Shown here piece after piece: positions 9,493-19,716 of a stretch of 64,000 bases of DNA (position 1 is the first letter of the stretch; each line of letters starts with the position of its first letter). Under the pieces are notes generated by a model. It had not been told where the DNA came from. It ran no database searches and was given only the letters and a program-made list of their open reading frames with translations. The stretch lies in assembly GCA_030603365.1 (NCBI GenBank), contig JAUVXV010000004.1, forward strand, positions 64,001 to 128,000. Reading direction: 5' to 3'. The DNA is from Candidatus Heimdallarchaeota archaeon (lineage in GTDB: Archaea; Asgardarchaeota; Heimdallarchaeia; Heimdallarchaeales; Heimdallarchaeaceae). The position numbers were made by a program, and so were the translations under genes.

Positions 9493-9627
9493 TGGTGGGG
9501 CACGACGGATTCGAACCATCGACCAATTGGTCTCTCAGTTTTGACTCTTACAAAAAATATGAGCCAACCGCCTCCTAGTAAGTGGCACGCAACCACTTTA
9601 CTTCTAACCGAGCTGAGCTAGTGCCCC
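9493..9627 (-). tRNA. tRNA with CAT anticodon (probably Ile2, possibly Met), two introns: 9572-9602 (D-arm, 23/24) and 9532-9557 (37/38)
   Basis: Removing both introns gives GGGGCACTAGCTCAGCTCGGTTAGAGCGGTTGGCTCATAACCAATTGGTCGATGGTTCGAATCCGTCGTGCCCCACCA. The 37/38 intron forms a BHB with a CTCA/TGAG central helix. Confidence 0.88.
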
Positions 9628-9764
9628 TTGTTATACTATATTGCCACATGCTTCTTATTTTAAGTTTTTTCTTCGCTTCTAAAAATATTCTACATGAATG
9701 TTTTTTTGAATTCATTCTTTGTTTAAAACAACCTTATAACCAAGGATCCTATATAGCTGTTAAA

Positions 9765-10103
9765 TCATTGTATCTTTTCATCGCTTTTTGGTCCTGAAAT
9801 AATAGGATTTACATATTTTACTATAGATTCAGATAAAGTATTTATTTCACCGGTTGAAAATTTTTCTCCTCGTTTTTTAGAACAACCATTACATAATCCC
9901 GCAGGTAACACTACTTTAGAGACTAAATCTTTTTTTTCTCTACTTCTACATCTACCACATAAAGGTTTTGCGCATTCTTCGCATGTAAACCTTGCTGTAG
10001 CTCCACAATTTAAACAAAATAGCACTATCTCTTCGTTCTTTTCACCTATAATTATCACAGTAGTTATAGGATTCTCAAGTATTAAACCCCAACACTTTTC
10101 CAT
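9765..10103 (-). CDS. Small Cys-rich zinc-finger protein; true start probably downstream
   Basis: Four CxxC pairs: CLNC, CEEC, CGRC, CNGC. Confidence 0.6.
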   Translation of the reverse strand: MEKCWGLILENPITTVIIIGEKNEEIVLFCLNCGATARFTCEECAKPLCGRCRSREKKDLVSKVVLPAGLCNGCSKKRGEKFSTGEINTLSESIVKYVNPIISGPKSDEKIQ

Positions 10104-10113
10104 AACAGTAAAT

Positions 10114-10977
10114 TTATTGCTCTAGTAGAAAGTCAGCTTCTTCTGCATTAAATGAACTTCTAACAAATGGTGCTGATGCAACAAATTGAAAACCTATATC
10201 ATATGCTTTTTCTTCATATTCCTTGAATAAATCAGGATGAACATATTCTTCAATTTCTAAATCAGAGCTTGGAGGTTTAAGATACTGTCCTATTGTTAGA
10301 ATATCACAATTTACTTCTCGTAAATCTTTCATCACTTCGAGAACTTCTTCTTTTGTTTCTCCCAATCCTACCATTAAACCTGATTTAGTGTATATTTCCG
10401 AATCCATCTCCTTTACAATCTTAAGTAAATTCAATGAAGTTTTGTAGTTGGCTTGTGGTGTAACTTTTCTAAATAATCGAGGAACAACTTCTACGTTGTG
10501 GTTGATTATATCTGGTTTTACTTCAACTATGGTTCTAATGTCTTCCTCTTTCCCCTTTAAGTCTGGTATAAGTAGTTCTATTATCAATTTCTCATTATAC
10601 TCCCTTAATTTGCGAGTAATTCCAGCAAAATGTGCAGCTCCTCCATCCTTAAGATCATCTCTTGTGACTGAGGTGATTACTACATGTTTCAAACCAAGTT
10701 TTTTTGCTGCTTCTACTAAACGGTCTGGTTCTTGTTGATCTAGAGGATTAGGTCTTCCAAAATTAATGTCACAGAATTTGCAGTTTCGAGTACAAATGTC
10801 CCCCATAACAAGAAAAGTTGCAGTTTTTTTTTCAAAACACTTTCCAATATTGGGACACATTGATTCCTCGCAAACAGTGTGAAGTTCTAGTTTTCTAAGA
10901 AGTTGCTGTACTTCACTTATTTTTTCTCTATCCATTCTTCCAATTCTTAGCCATTCGGGTTTTCGAAGTCTAGGCAT
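10114..10977 (-). CDS. lipA: Lipoyl synthase (radical SAM)
   Basis: 'CEESMCPNIGKC', 'CTRNCKFC', C-terminal 'VRSS'. Confidence 0.97.
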   Translation of the reverse strand: MPRLRKPEWLRIGRMDREKISEVQQLLRKLELHTVCEESMCPNIGKCFEKKTATFLVMGDICTRNCKFCDINFGRPNPLDQQEPDRLVEAAKKLGLKHVVITSVTRDDLKDGGAAHFAGITRKLREYNEKLIIELLIPDLKGKEEDIRTIVEVKPDIINHNVEVVPRLFRKVTPQANYKTSLNLLKIVKEMDSEIYTKSGLMVGLGETKEEVLEVMKDLREVNCDILTIGQYLKPPSSDLEIEEYVHPDLFKEYEEKAYDIGFQFVASAPFVRSSFNAEEADFLLEQ

Positions 10978-11674
10978 TTTCTTTTATCCTCTTTTCTAAT
11001 TCTTCTTCTGTTATTTTCTTCAATCTCATTTCGAAGATAGTTTCAAACAATTGTTCAAATGTGCTATAAACTTCCTTTATATCTAGTTTTTTACCAAGTA
11101 CTTTTTCCATAGAAATAGGCTCATATTGAGTGATTCCACAAGGAACAATCAAGCGAAAATGATCCATATTAGTATTCACATTTAATGCTAGACCATGAGA
11201 TGAAATCATTTTTGAAGCTCTAGCTCCAATAGCAGCTATTTTCCATGTTCTACCTTGATGATCTAACCAAACACCAGGATATCCTTCTTTTCTCCATCCT
11301 TCTATTCCATATGTCCTTAGCAATTTGATGAGAGTTTCTTCCATTTTCCAAACAAATTGATCGACGCTTATATTTAATTTTGCGAGATTTAAGAGTAAAT
11401 ATCCAACCATCTGTCCAGGTCCGTGATACGTAATTTCTCCACCTCTCCTTACATCTACTACATCGATTCCCTCGCTTTCAAGTATTTGTTCGGTTGCTAA
11501 AATGTCCTCTCTAGACCCTTTCTTGCCTACAGTAAATACTGGATTGTGTTGCAGAACTAGTAGGAAATTATCGAACTTTCTTTCGTTCTCTTTGATGGCT
11601 CGTATTCTTTGCTGTAAATCTAGAGAATATCGATATTCGAGTTGGTTATATTCTACAAGGAAGCATTTTCTCAT
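10970..11674 (-). CDS. lipB: Octanoyltransferase LipB
   Basis: 'HNPVFTVG', 'RGGEITYHGPGQ', 'KIAAIG', 'SHGLALNV', 'IVPCGI'; overlaps the lipA start. Confidence 0.95.
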   Translation of the reverse strand: MRKCFLVEYNQLEYRYSLDLQQRIRAIKENERKFDNFLLVLQHNPVFTVGKKGSREDILATEQILESEGIDVVDVRRGGEITYHGPGQMVGYLLLNLAKLNISVDQFVWKMEETLIKLLRTYGIEGWRKEGYPGVWLDHQGRTWKIAAIGARASKMISSHGLALNVNTNMDHFRLIVPCGITQYEPISMEKVLGKKLDIKEVYSTFEQLFETIFEMRLKKITEEELEKRIKENA

Positions 11675-11739
11675 TATCTTCTGTTTTTTAGTGTATTTTT
11701 AGCAATTGTGGTTTGTAAGTTTTATATTAATTAGTAAAG

Positions 11740-12516
11740 TTGAAAAGCAACCATGTTACATTTAGTAATTGGTTATATATGGCGAAGTTCCTGACAATTT
11801 TATTAGCTGAAGCATCTATAGAACCCTTCCCTGAAGAATGGATAAAAGATATTAAAGTTAGAAACTATTTTTCGAAAAATAAGAAGCATCCATCTGAAGT
11901 GATGTTGGATTCAAGTTATCATAAACATCTTCTAACTGATTTACCTGATATTGAAAAAAGAGGAAGACCTGATATAGTCCACTTTACACTTTTATCTTGT
12001 TTTGGATCCATTCTTGCGAGAGAAAATAGGTTGCAAGTAATAATACACACTTACAATGACGACATAATCTATTTGCACCCTGAAATAAGATTACCCAAAA
12101 ACGTTGATAGATTTAATGGTTTATTTTTGCAATTGTTCAAGGATAAGAAAGTTCCTCCTGAAGGAAATGAAACACTAATGTCTCTTGAAAAGGGTAATCT
12201 GACCGAACTTTTACAAGATTTACGCCAAAAGCATGATCTAATTATTGAATTTAGTGTGAAAGGAGATCAGTTGTCCACCTCAGAATATTCAACAACAATT
12301 TTTAATGCTGTAAATCCTCTTCTGATATTTGGTGCTTTTCCCCATGGAGAAATTTCTCCAATACCTGAAGGGTTGGTTGATAGGAAACTGGGGATATATG
12401 AAGAAGGTCTAGACCTTTTTGCTGTAATATCACAAATTCTTGCTAGTCAACATATGCTTGAAGAAGATAAACTTACGGAAACAAGCAGTGAAGATAAAAG
12501 TGTTTCTTGGGGGTAA
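11740..12516 (+). CDS. nep1: Nep1/Emg1 SPOUT rRNA pseudouridine methyltransferase; start probably near 11779
   Basis: 'LDSSYH', 'RGRPDIVH', 'RLPKNVDRFNGL', 'GAFPHG'. Confidence 0.92.
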   Translation: MKSNHVTFSNWLYMAKFLTILLAEASIEPFPEEWIKDIKVRNYFSKNKKHPSEVMLDSSYHKHLLTDLPDIEKRGRPDIVHFTLLSCFGSILARENRLQVIIHTYNDDIIYLHPEIRLPKNVDRFNGLFLQLFKDKKVPPEGNETLMSLEKGNLTELLQDLRQKHDLIIEFSVKGDQLSTSEYSTTIFNAVNPLLIFGAFPHGEISPIPEGLVDRKLGIYEEGLDLFAVISQILASQHMLEEDKLTETSSEDKSVSWG

Positions 12517-12592
12517 AATAGACCCATATGACCAAAAACCTCTAACTTCCTAACGACATATTTAAATTACATCTTCAAGTCGCTCAATTTAG

Positions 12593-14719
12593 GTGAAAGT
12601 ACTGCCATTAGCTAAATTAGATAAATTACTTCATCCGGAAAGTGTTGCAATAATAGGAGCTAGCCCTGATAAAAAGAAAGTAGGTTATGCTGCTTTAAGA
12701 AATATGGTTCTAAGCGGATTCAAAGGTAGACTTTATGCTATAAATCCTAAAGCAGAACAATATGGCGAGATAGAGGGAGTAAAAGTTTATGCTAGTATAA
12801 ATGAAATTGATGATTACATTGATTTAGCAGTTGTTTGCATTCCTGCAAGATTTATTCCATCGTTAATGGAAGAACTTGGTAAAAAAGGCGTTAAATATGC
12901 CGCAATAATTACAGCTGGTTTTAAAGAAACAGGGGAAGAAGGAGCTAAATTAGAAAAAAAACTAGTCGAAATAGCTCAGAAATATGGGATAAGGATTGTT
13001 GGTCCAAATATTTTGGGTGTAGTTGATACTTCTGCCCCAATGAATGCAAGCTTTGCAGAACGTTCTCCAATTAAAGGAGAAGTTGCGTTCCTTAGCCAAA
13101 GTGGGGCATTATTAACAGGAATCCTAGATTGGAGTTGTGCAGAAGGTATAGGTTATTCAAGTTTTGTTTCTCTTGGAAACAAAGCTGATTTGGATGAAAC
13201 AGATTTCATAGAAGCATTAGCAGAAGATGAACATACCTTAGCGATACTCATATATCTCGAAAGTATAAGCAGAGGAACTGAATTCATCAAGGTGTGCAAA
13301 GAAGTTACTCGAAAAAAACCAGTAATTGTAATAAAAGCTGGTAGATCAGAAGCTGGTTCAAAAGCAGCTTCTTCTCATACAGGCAGTATGACAGGTGCCG
13401 ATACAACTTACGATGTTGCCTTTGAAAAGGGTGGTGTAATTAGAGCAGAAAATGCTCAAGAGCTCTTTGATATGGCGTTTGCTTTTAGTTTCATGCCCAT
13501 TCCTAAAGGAAACAAAATAGTTATAATTACCAATGCTGGAGGTCCTGGAATATTAGCGACAGATGCAGCAGAAAAGTATGATCTTGAGTTAGCAACTCTA
13601 TCTGCTGAATTTAAAAATGAACTCAAATCTTTTCTACCACCAGCTGCTAATTTTAACAATCCTATTGATGCTCTAGGGACAGCATTAGCTGATGACTATG
13701 GACGTATTTTAGAAATGTCTCTGATTGACGAAAATGTCGATGGAGTAATCATTATTCTTACACCACAAGCAATGACTGAGGGCAAAGAAACAGCAGCGAA
13801 GATAATTGAAATACGTAACAAATATCCTGACAAACCTATTGTTACCATATTCATCGGTGGAGAGATACTGGGACCTGATATATATCACTTAAAAAAGAAT
13901 AAAATACCTTGTTTTCCACTCCCAGAACGGGGTGTAAGAGCAATGGCTGCTCTAGCTGAATACAATCGAATTAGAAATAGACCTATTGATGATACAATAC
14001 CAGATTTAGAACGAGATAAAGAAACAGTCAAGACTATACTTGAAAAGGTTAAACTAGAAAAAAGAAACAATCTACTAGGAGCAGAAGCAATAGAGGTCGC
14101 TAAAGCATATGGTATTTATGCTCCTATAACTAAACTTGCACACTCAGCCGAACAAGCAGCAACATTAGCTGAAGAGATAGGCTTTCCTGTTGTTATGAAA
14201 ATAACAAGCCCAGATATAGTTCACAAAACCGATATTGGTGGTGTTCGTCTCAACATTAAGAGTAAGGAAGAAGCAGCTACAATTTATGAAGAGATTATAA
14301 AAGTCGCAAGAAAACACTATCCAAATACAAAACTTCTAGCAGTCGATGTACAAAAGATGGAGAAGGTGGGAAAAGAGCTAATAGTTGGTTCAATGAAAGA
14401 TTCACAGTTTGGATCATTAGTAATGGTAGGATTGGGGGGAATTTATACAAATTTCTTGAAGGACGTAGCTTTTGGTTTAGCACCACTTACAGAATCAGAA
14501 GCTGCTAAATTACTGAAACGTACTAAGGTATATACACTTCTCAAAGGTGTAAGAGGAGAACCACCATCTGATATCGATGCTGTGAATGATACATTGCTAA
14601 GAGTTTCCTTACTAGTACATGACTTCCCACAGATTAAAGAGTTAGATATCAACCCCTTCTTTGTATATGAAGATGGTAAAGGTGTTTCAGCTCTTGATGT
14701 AAAAATAACTATTGAGTAA
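12593..14719 (+). CDS. ADP-forming acetate/acyl-CoA ligase, fused alpha-beta
   Basis: 'SVAIIGAS', 'GPNILG', 'SQSG', phospho-His 'SHTGS', 'NAGGPG', ATP-grasp 'HKTDIGGV', 'ELDINP'. Confidence 0.92.
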   Translation: MKVLPLAKLDKLLHPESVAIIGASPDKKKVGYAALRNMVLSGFKGRLYAINPKAEQYGEIEGVKVYASINEIDDYIDLAVVCIPARFIPSLMEELGKKGVKYAAIITAGFKETGEEGAKLEKKLVEIAQKYGIRIVGPNILGVVDTSAPMNASFAERSPIKGEVAFLSQSGALLTGILDWSCAEGIGYSSFVSLGNKADLDETDFIEALAEDEHTLAILIYLESISRGTEFIKVCKEVTRKKPVIVIKAGRSEAGSKAASSHTGSMTGADTTYDVAFEKGGVIRAENAQELFDMAFAFSFMPIPKGNKIVIITNAGGPGILATDAAEKYDLELATLSAEFKNELKSFLPPAANFNNPIDALGTALADDYGRILEMSLIDENVDGVIIILTPQAMTEGKETAAKIIEIRNKYPDKPIVTIFIGGEILGPDIYHLKKNKIPCFPLPERGVRAMAALAEYNRIRNRPIDDTIPDLERDKETVKTILEKVKLEKRNNLLGAEAIEVAKAYGIYAPITKLAHSAEQAATLAEEIGFPVVMKITSPDIVHKTDIGGVRLNIKSKEEAATIYEEIIKVARKHYPNTKLLAVDVQKMEKVGKELIVGSMKDSQFGSLVMVGLGGIYTNFLKDVAFGLAPLTESEAAKLLKRTKVYTLLKGVRGEPPSDIDAVNDTLLRVSLLVHDFPQIKELDINPFFVYEDGKGVSALDVKITIE

Positions 14720-14901
14720 CTTTTGTTACTCTCTATTATTGTATTATCATTGTATTATATTTGTAATTCTACTTTTTTACTTTCTTCGTTTAAGGGGTTC
14801 TAAGAGCTCTATTCAGACTTAAGGTTAAGAATACGATTTTATAATAATATTTAATGAAATTTAGAAGGTAGTAGAATTCTAGAATAACTACACGGTATTA
14901 C

Positions 14902-15513
14902 TTAATCATGTTTTTCTTTTACACCTTCAAAGACAACAAAACCTGTTTTTAGTTTCTCAGCTTCTTCTTCTGATAATTTTATAGTCTCTAATTTTGTAAC
15001 ATCTGCAGGAATTATTGTTGAATTTCCAAAGGGGTCTTCAACAATAATATCAATTGGTTTATTATTTTCTATGTATTCGTCTAGCATAGTAATATAATCC
15101 ATAATTTTTTTTCTCTCTTCTTGGGTTTCAGCATCGCTTAGCAGAAATTTTACTTTGCCTTGAATATCTCTAAGTATCCCTTCTATATTATTGATGAAAC
15201 CAACAGCATTTGGTCCTGGTTCTATTATCGCTTCAATTTGTGGGAACCTAATAGTACCATTTGCAGCCCTTACAATCTTAGTTGTGTAATCTTCTTTGTT
15301 TTCAGCATGATATATGTACCTAAAAGGATCTTTGATTGAAAGATTAATGAAATCATTATACTTGTAATGGCAATCAGAACATGACAAGTTAAAAAACCAC
15401 ATCTGAGGAAAATGAGGTAAATCCATGATTTTCTGAATAACTTTTGTATTATTACTTTCACAAACTGGACAGGGGGTTTTCATCATATCAAGATCTAAAT
15501 CTTCTGATGCCAT
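14902..15513 (-). CDS. ZPR1 zinc-finger domain protein
   Basis: 'CPVC...PHF...CSDCHYK', 'IEPGP...NNIEG', 'EDPFGNS'. Confidence 0.92.
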   Translation of the reverse strand: MASEDLDLDMMKTPCPVCESNNTKVIQKIMDLPHFPQMWFFNLSCSDCHYKYNDFINLSIKDPFRYIYHAENKEDYTTKIVRAANGTIRFPQIEAIIEPGPNAVGFINNIEGILRDIQGKVKFLLSDAETQEERKKIMDYITMLDEYIENNKPIDIIVEDPFGNSTIIPADVTKLETIKLSEEEAEKLKTGFVVFEGVKEKHD

Positions 15514-15629
15514 CTAATCGTTCTAGTCTTGTTTCTGTATCATTTAAAGATTCAGATATCATTAGAAAAATATCCTCACAAAACTTCTGATTTCCTCTTA
15601 GATAGTGATAAATTTTTGTAGAACTAGAT

Positions 15630-16268
15630 TTGAATAAACTTGAGATGAAAGAACTAATGGCAATATATGATAAACTCTACCAATTTTATGGTCCTCAGAA
15701 TTGGTGGCCTGGAGAGGGTTTGGAGATTGCTGTTGGAGCTGTTCTTACACAACAAACAAACTGGAGTAATGTCGAAAAAGCACTTACAAAACTAAAAGAA
15801 GCAGATTGTTTAGATTTAGACTGTTTACAGTCCATTCCTATTTCTAGATTAGAAAGTTTAGTTAGATCAAGTGGTTATTATAAAGTTAAAGCTCAAAGAT
15901 TAAAGAATCTGATTAATTTACTCATAAGCGAACCAAATCCAAATCGTGAAATGTTGCTTAATGTGAAAGGTTTGGGTAATGAGACAGCTGATTCCATTCT
16001 TCTTTACTTATTTGAGGAACCTTATTTTGTGATAGATGCTTATACGTTTCGCATATTAGACAGAATAGGACTATATAGCGGGGACAATTATATGGAGCTC
16101 CAAAGGATATTTATGGAGAATATTCCTAATGATATACAACTGTATAAAGAATACCATGCACTCTTGGTCAAACATGCTAAAAGTTGTTGCATGAAAAGAG
16201 AACCAAAATGTTTAGCATGTCCCCTAAGAAATCAATGTCAATATTATTTAGAAAAATCCACAGGTTAG
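15630..16268 (+). CDS. Endonuclease III-related HhH-GPD DNA glycosylase
   Basis: 'WWP', 'LTQQTNW', 'VKGLGNETADSILLY', 'VIDAY', C-terminal 4Fe-4S CxxxxxxCxxCxxxxxC. Confidence 0.9.
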   Translation: MNKLEMKELMAIYDKLYQFYGPQNWWPGEGLEIAVGAVLTQQTNWSNVEKALTKLKEADCLDLDCLQSIPISRLESLVRSSGYYKVKAQRLKNLINLLISEPNPNREMLLNVKGLGNETADSILLYLFEEPYFVIDAYTFRILDRIGLYSGDNYMELQRIFMENIPNDIQLYKEYHALLVKHAKSCCMKREPKCLACPLRNQCQYYLEKSTG

Positions 16269-16299
16269 TAATATAAATCGGATGCGGTGAGCGAGTAGA

Positions 16300-17499
16300 A
16301 TGTTCCTTACAAAGTATCAAGAAAGAATGTTAGATGGCGAAATGGGTGTAGCAATCTCAAAATGTATGGAACTTATAGTGAAGATTGGTGAGTTGAATAA
16401 TGCAGATAAGCTTATACCTATTAAGAGTGCTCAAATTGCAGGAGTTTCTTATTATACAGTAGGAGAATCAATCTTCTCTTTTCTTGATATCTTTTCTAAT
16501 GAAGGAGTAAAAGTCAAAGTACCAAGTTGGTTAAATCCTGCAGGAATGGATTTACTAAAATGGAAAGATATGGGAATAACAAAAAAATTTGCTAATAAAC
16601 AGAAAAAAATTATTCAATACTATCTAGACATGGGTATTGAACAAACTCTTACTTGCACCCCTTATTTAATTGGAAATGAACCAGCATTTGGTGATCATCT
16701 ATCTTGGAGTGAATCATCTGCGGTTTCAATTGCTAATGGCTTTTATGGTGCAAAGACTAACAGAGAAGGTGCCCCGTTAGCTTTAGCATCTGCTGTTCTT
16801 GGTTTAACATCTGATTATGGTCTTCATAAGGATGAAAATAGAGTTCCAAAGATAATGATTGATGTTCAAACTGATATAAAACATTTCTCAGATTATTCAG
16901 CACTAGGTTATTGGTATGGAAAGAACTATCATGGACATATACCTTTTTTCAAAGGACTTGATAACTCTTCAGTAGACCAAATAAAGATGTTGGGTGCCGC
17001 TATGGCTGCATCTGGAAGTGTTGCACATTTTCATGTGGAGAACCAAACACCAGAATCTAAGTTTGTAGATTTGAAGTCTGTTAATGAAAAAATAGTTTTC
17101 TCTGAAGAGGATAAGAGGAAAACCTACTCCATTTTTCACCAAATAAAAGAAAATGTTGATCTTGTTGCCATTGGTTGTCCTCATACAAGTGCAGAGGATT
17201 TAGATATAATCTATTCATATATTAAAGATAAATCTCTTAGACCAAATATTGAATTCTGGGTTTTTTCATCAAGAAAGAAATTAGAAACTGAAGTCTCTGA
17301 AAAAATGATACAAAAACTAGAAAGTAAAGGCATTAAAATTTTTACTGACACTTGTATGGTAGTATCACCAATTGTCAGAGAGAAATACAAGAATATTATT
17401 ACAAATTCCGCAAAAGCAGCTTTTTACCTTACAAGAAAGGGAAAAACCAAGGTAAATCTTCAATCTCTGGAAGAAATCTCAATGGAGGTTTTTGAATGA
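16300..17499 (+). CDS. Aconitase X catalytic subunit (probable phosphomevalonate dehydratase large subunit)
   Basis: 'TCTPY', 'WSESSA', 'TNREG', 'IGCPH', 'DTCMVV', 'TNSAKA'. Confidence 0.88.
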   Translation: MFLTKYQERMLDGEMGVAISKCMELIVKIGELNNADKLIPIKSAQIAGVSYYTVGESIFSFLDIFSNEGVKVKVPSWLNPAGMDLLKWKDMGITKKFANKQKKIIQYYLDMGIEQTLTCTPYLIGNEPAFGDHLSWSESSAVSIANGFYGAKTNREGAPLALASAVLGLTSDYGLHKDENRVPKIMIDVQTDIKHFSDYSALGYWYGKNYHGHIPFFKGLDNSSVDQIKMLGAAMAASGSVAHFHVENQTPESKFVDLKSVNEKIVFSEEDKRKTYSIFHQIKENVDLVAIGCPHTSAEDLDIIYSYIKDKSLRPNIEFWVFSSRKKLETEVSEKMIQKLESKGIKIFTDTCMVVSPIVREKYKNIITNSAKAAFYLTRKGKTKVNLQSLEEISMEVFE

Positions 17500-17903
17500 A
17501 AGAAATAGAAATAAGAGCAATTGTTGAAGGAAAAGTAGAGAGTCCAGCCGTTGTTTCCCCTATATCAATTTCTTTTCTTGAAGGAGTTGATCCAGAAACT
17601 GGAATTATTATAGACCAAGAGAATCCTTTATTTGGTACAAGCATTGCAGATAAAATATTTGTGTTTCCAGGGAGTAAGGGGTCGACTGTAGGTTCATATG
17701 TAATCTATGGATTACAGGTTAATGGTGTTGCTCCAACTGCTTTAGTGACTTATGATGCAGAACCAATAGTTGTAGCAGGAGCAATTTTAGCTGATATTAC
17801 TCTTGTTGATAAACCTGACACGGACATAATCTCATGTATAAAAACAGGAGATATTATAGCAATAGATACAAGCAAAAGAATAATTGAAATAAGAAAAAAA
17901 TAG
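17496..17903 (+). CDS. Aconitase X swivel-domain small subunit (DUF126)
   Basis: 'ISFLEGVDPETG', 'KGSTVGS'; ATGA overlap with the large subunit. Confidence 0.9.
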   Translation: MKEIEIRAIVEGKVESPAVVSPISISFLEGVDPETGIIIDQENPLFGTSIADKIFVFPGSKGSTVGSYVIYGLQVNGVAPTALVTYDAEPIVVAGAILADITLVDKPDTDIISCIKTGDIIAIDTSKRIIEIRKK

Positions 17904-17918
17904 TGAGGATTTCGTAGT

Positions 17919-19604
17919 TTACCTTCTTCTCTTGCCTTGTTGTTCAGCAAGAAGTTTTTGAAATTCATCTCGTAGAAGTGTTTCTTGATCTTGTAAAGCC
18001 TGTTTTCTGTCTTCAGTAAGCTTTTCATTCTGTTCCTCTAAGGCGGTTTCCTTTTCTTTATTCATTTCTACTGTTAAATCATCTAATTCCTTTTTATGTT
18101 GCTCTTCAAGTTGTTCTACAAGTTCTTTTTGCTCTGTTTCTGATTGTACTTTAGCTGTAGCTTGAATTCGAGCTTTTTCATCTTCGAATGATTGTTTCAG
18201 ATTATCAACTTCCAACAGATGATCCTCAGCTAGTTGAGCTTTTTCCTTATCAAGTTCTGTTTTAGAATTTTCAAGTGCAAGGTGTATTCTATCTTCTATT
18301 ACCTTATCACGACCTTCCAAAACAAGTTTAAGGAATTCTTTACCTGTAATCTCTCTAACGATTTCATGAATCTGTTCTATGCTTTTGATATTTGTTTGAG
18401 CTGTCTCAAATTCTTCTCTTGAAAGCATTTGTTCTGAATCTTTGATGATGTTTTCCAGAAATCCCATAATGAGATTGATTGCTTTTTCTGGAATAATTTC
18501 AATCGAATTTAGAGCATTCTTTAGTTCAAGACCCTTTGCTGCAAGTTCTGCAAGTTCAATCTCGTATTCCTTGATAATACTTTTCTCTCTGAAAATGAGT
18601 TCATATGGTCCTATCATCATTGTTTGTTTTGTTTGAAGTTGATCATAAAAAGTGACATTTGCACTTAATTCGTGTTTAGCCTCAGCTTTAGTTTGGGTTC
18701 CTTGAATAACTAATTTTTGTTCAGTTGTGTGTTTTGCAGGTAGGCTATCAATTATTATTTCTTTGCTCCCTTCTAGTATTTCAACGCCATCTGGAACATT
18801 CAATTTGAAAACAAGATTATATGCATCTCCTTCACCTTCATTTTCAATAGCTAAAACAAGTTCTGTTGATTCTCCAAAAACTAAATCTCTAGAAATTTTA
18901 AGTTCTGGTACAATCCTTGGCAATTTAACTTTAGACCTAAAAGTTTTAACAACAGTTTCCATTGCGTCGTCTATTGAAGTGAAAAATAGTTCTCCCATTA
19001 TTTGGGATAATCCTGGTTTAAGATGTCCTCCAACAAGTTGTTGTGCGTTTAAAAGGGAATTAGTGTCTGAATCTTTAACTGCTTTAATTGCATGACCTGC
19101 TGCAAAAAGTATTTGTTGAGCTCTTGTGAAGCCTGGGTCATCTTGAATTTGTTCTATATATTTGTTGTATAATTCTTCTGCTCCCTGATAATCTTCAATT
19201 GAAAATAGAAAGAAACATGCGGTAGAAACTAGAATTATTCCTCTATCATATTCGTTCCACATTAGATATTCTTGTGCTGCATTTACCAAATCATCTACCA
19301 CTGCTCTTGTAGCTGCAATCCAATCATCCCCTGAACCAAGTTTCTTATAAACATAAGAAACATAATAGAGATTTTGAGCGCTCATACGATATTGTTTTTT
19401 CTCTTTATTTTCCTCAGAAGCTCTGATGAAATTCTTTATTGCTTCATGATACAAATCTTCAGCTTGAGCAAGACCCATTGTCGCTTCCTGATTTTTAGCA
19501 GCTTCCAAATATTTCCTTGCTGAGTCAGAAAAGTTAGCGCTTTTAAATAAGTCTCGGGCTTCTGACATTAGTATTGCAAGGTTCTCATCATATGATTTTT
19601 CCAT
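17919..19604 (-). CDS. Hypothetical protein: TPR/SNAP-like helical N-terminus, Ig-like middle domain, C-terminal coiled coil
   Basis: Helical repeats 'SARKYLEAA...A.Y..A'; beta-rich 'LAIENEGEGDAYNL'; E/K/Q-rich heptads at the end. Confidence 0.6.
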   Translation of the reverse strand: MEKSYDENLAILMSEARDLFKSANFSDSARKYLEAAKNQEATMGLAQAEDLYHEAIKNFIRASEENKEKKQYRMSAQNLYYVSYVYKKLGSGDDWIAATRAVVDDLVNAAQEYLMWNEYDRGIILVSTACFFLFSIEDYQGAEELYNKYIEQIQDDPGFTRAQQILFAAGHAIKAVKDSDTNSLLNAQQLVGGHLKPGLSQIMGELFFTSIDDAMETVVKTFRSKVKLPRIVPELKISRDLVFGESTELVLAIENEGEGDAYNLVFKLNVPDGVEILEGSKEIIIDSLPAKHTTEQKLVIQGTQTKAEAKHELSANVTFYDQLQTKQTMMIGPYELIFREKSIIKEYEIELAELAAKGLELKNALNSIEIIPEKAINLIMGFLENIIKDSEQMLSREEFETAQTNIKSIEQIHEIVREITGKEFLKLVLEGRDKVIEDRIHLALENSKTELDKEKAQLAEDHLLEVDNLKQSFEDEKARIQATAKVQSETEQKELVEQLEEQHKKELDDLTVEMNKEKETALEEQNEKLTEDRKQALQDQETLLRDEFQKLLAEQQGKRRR

Positions 19605-19716
19605 AACCCTACGCTACTGTTAAAATATATAAAGATTATTTAAGCTTCTAACAAGAAGTCGCCCTAGAGCCAAGAAATGAGATTGTAAGAGTAATTTATT
19701 CAATAGCAAAGATTGG

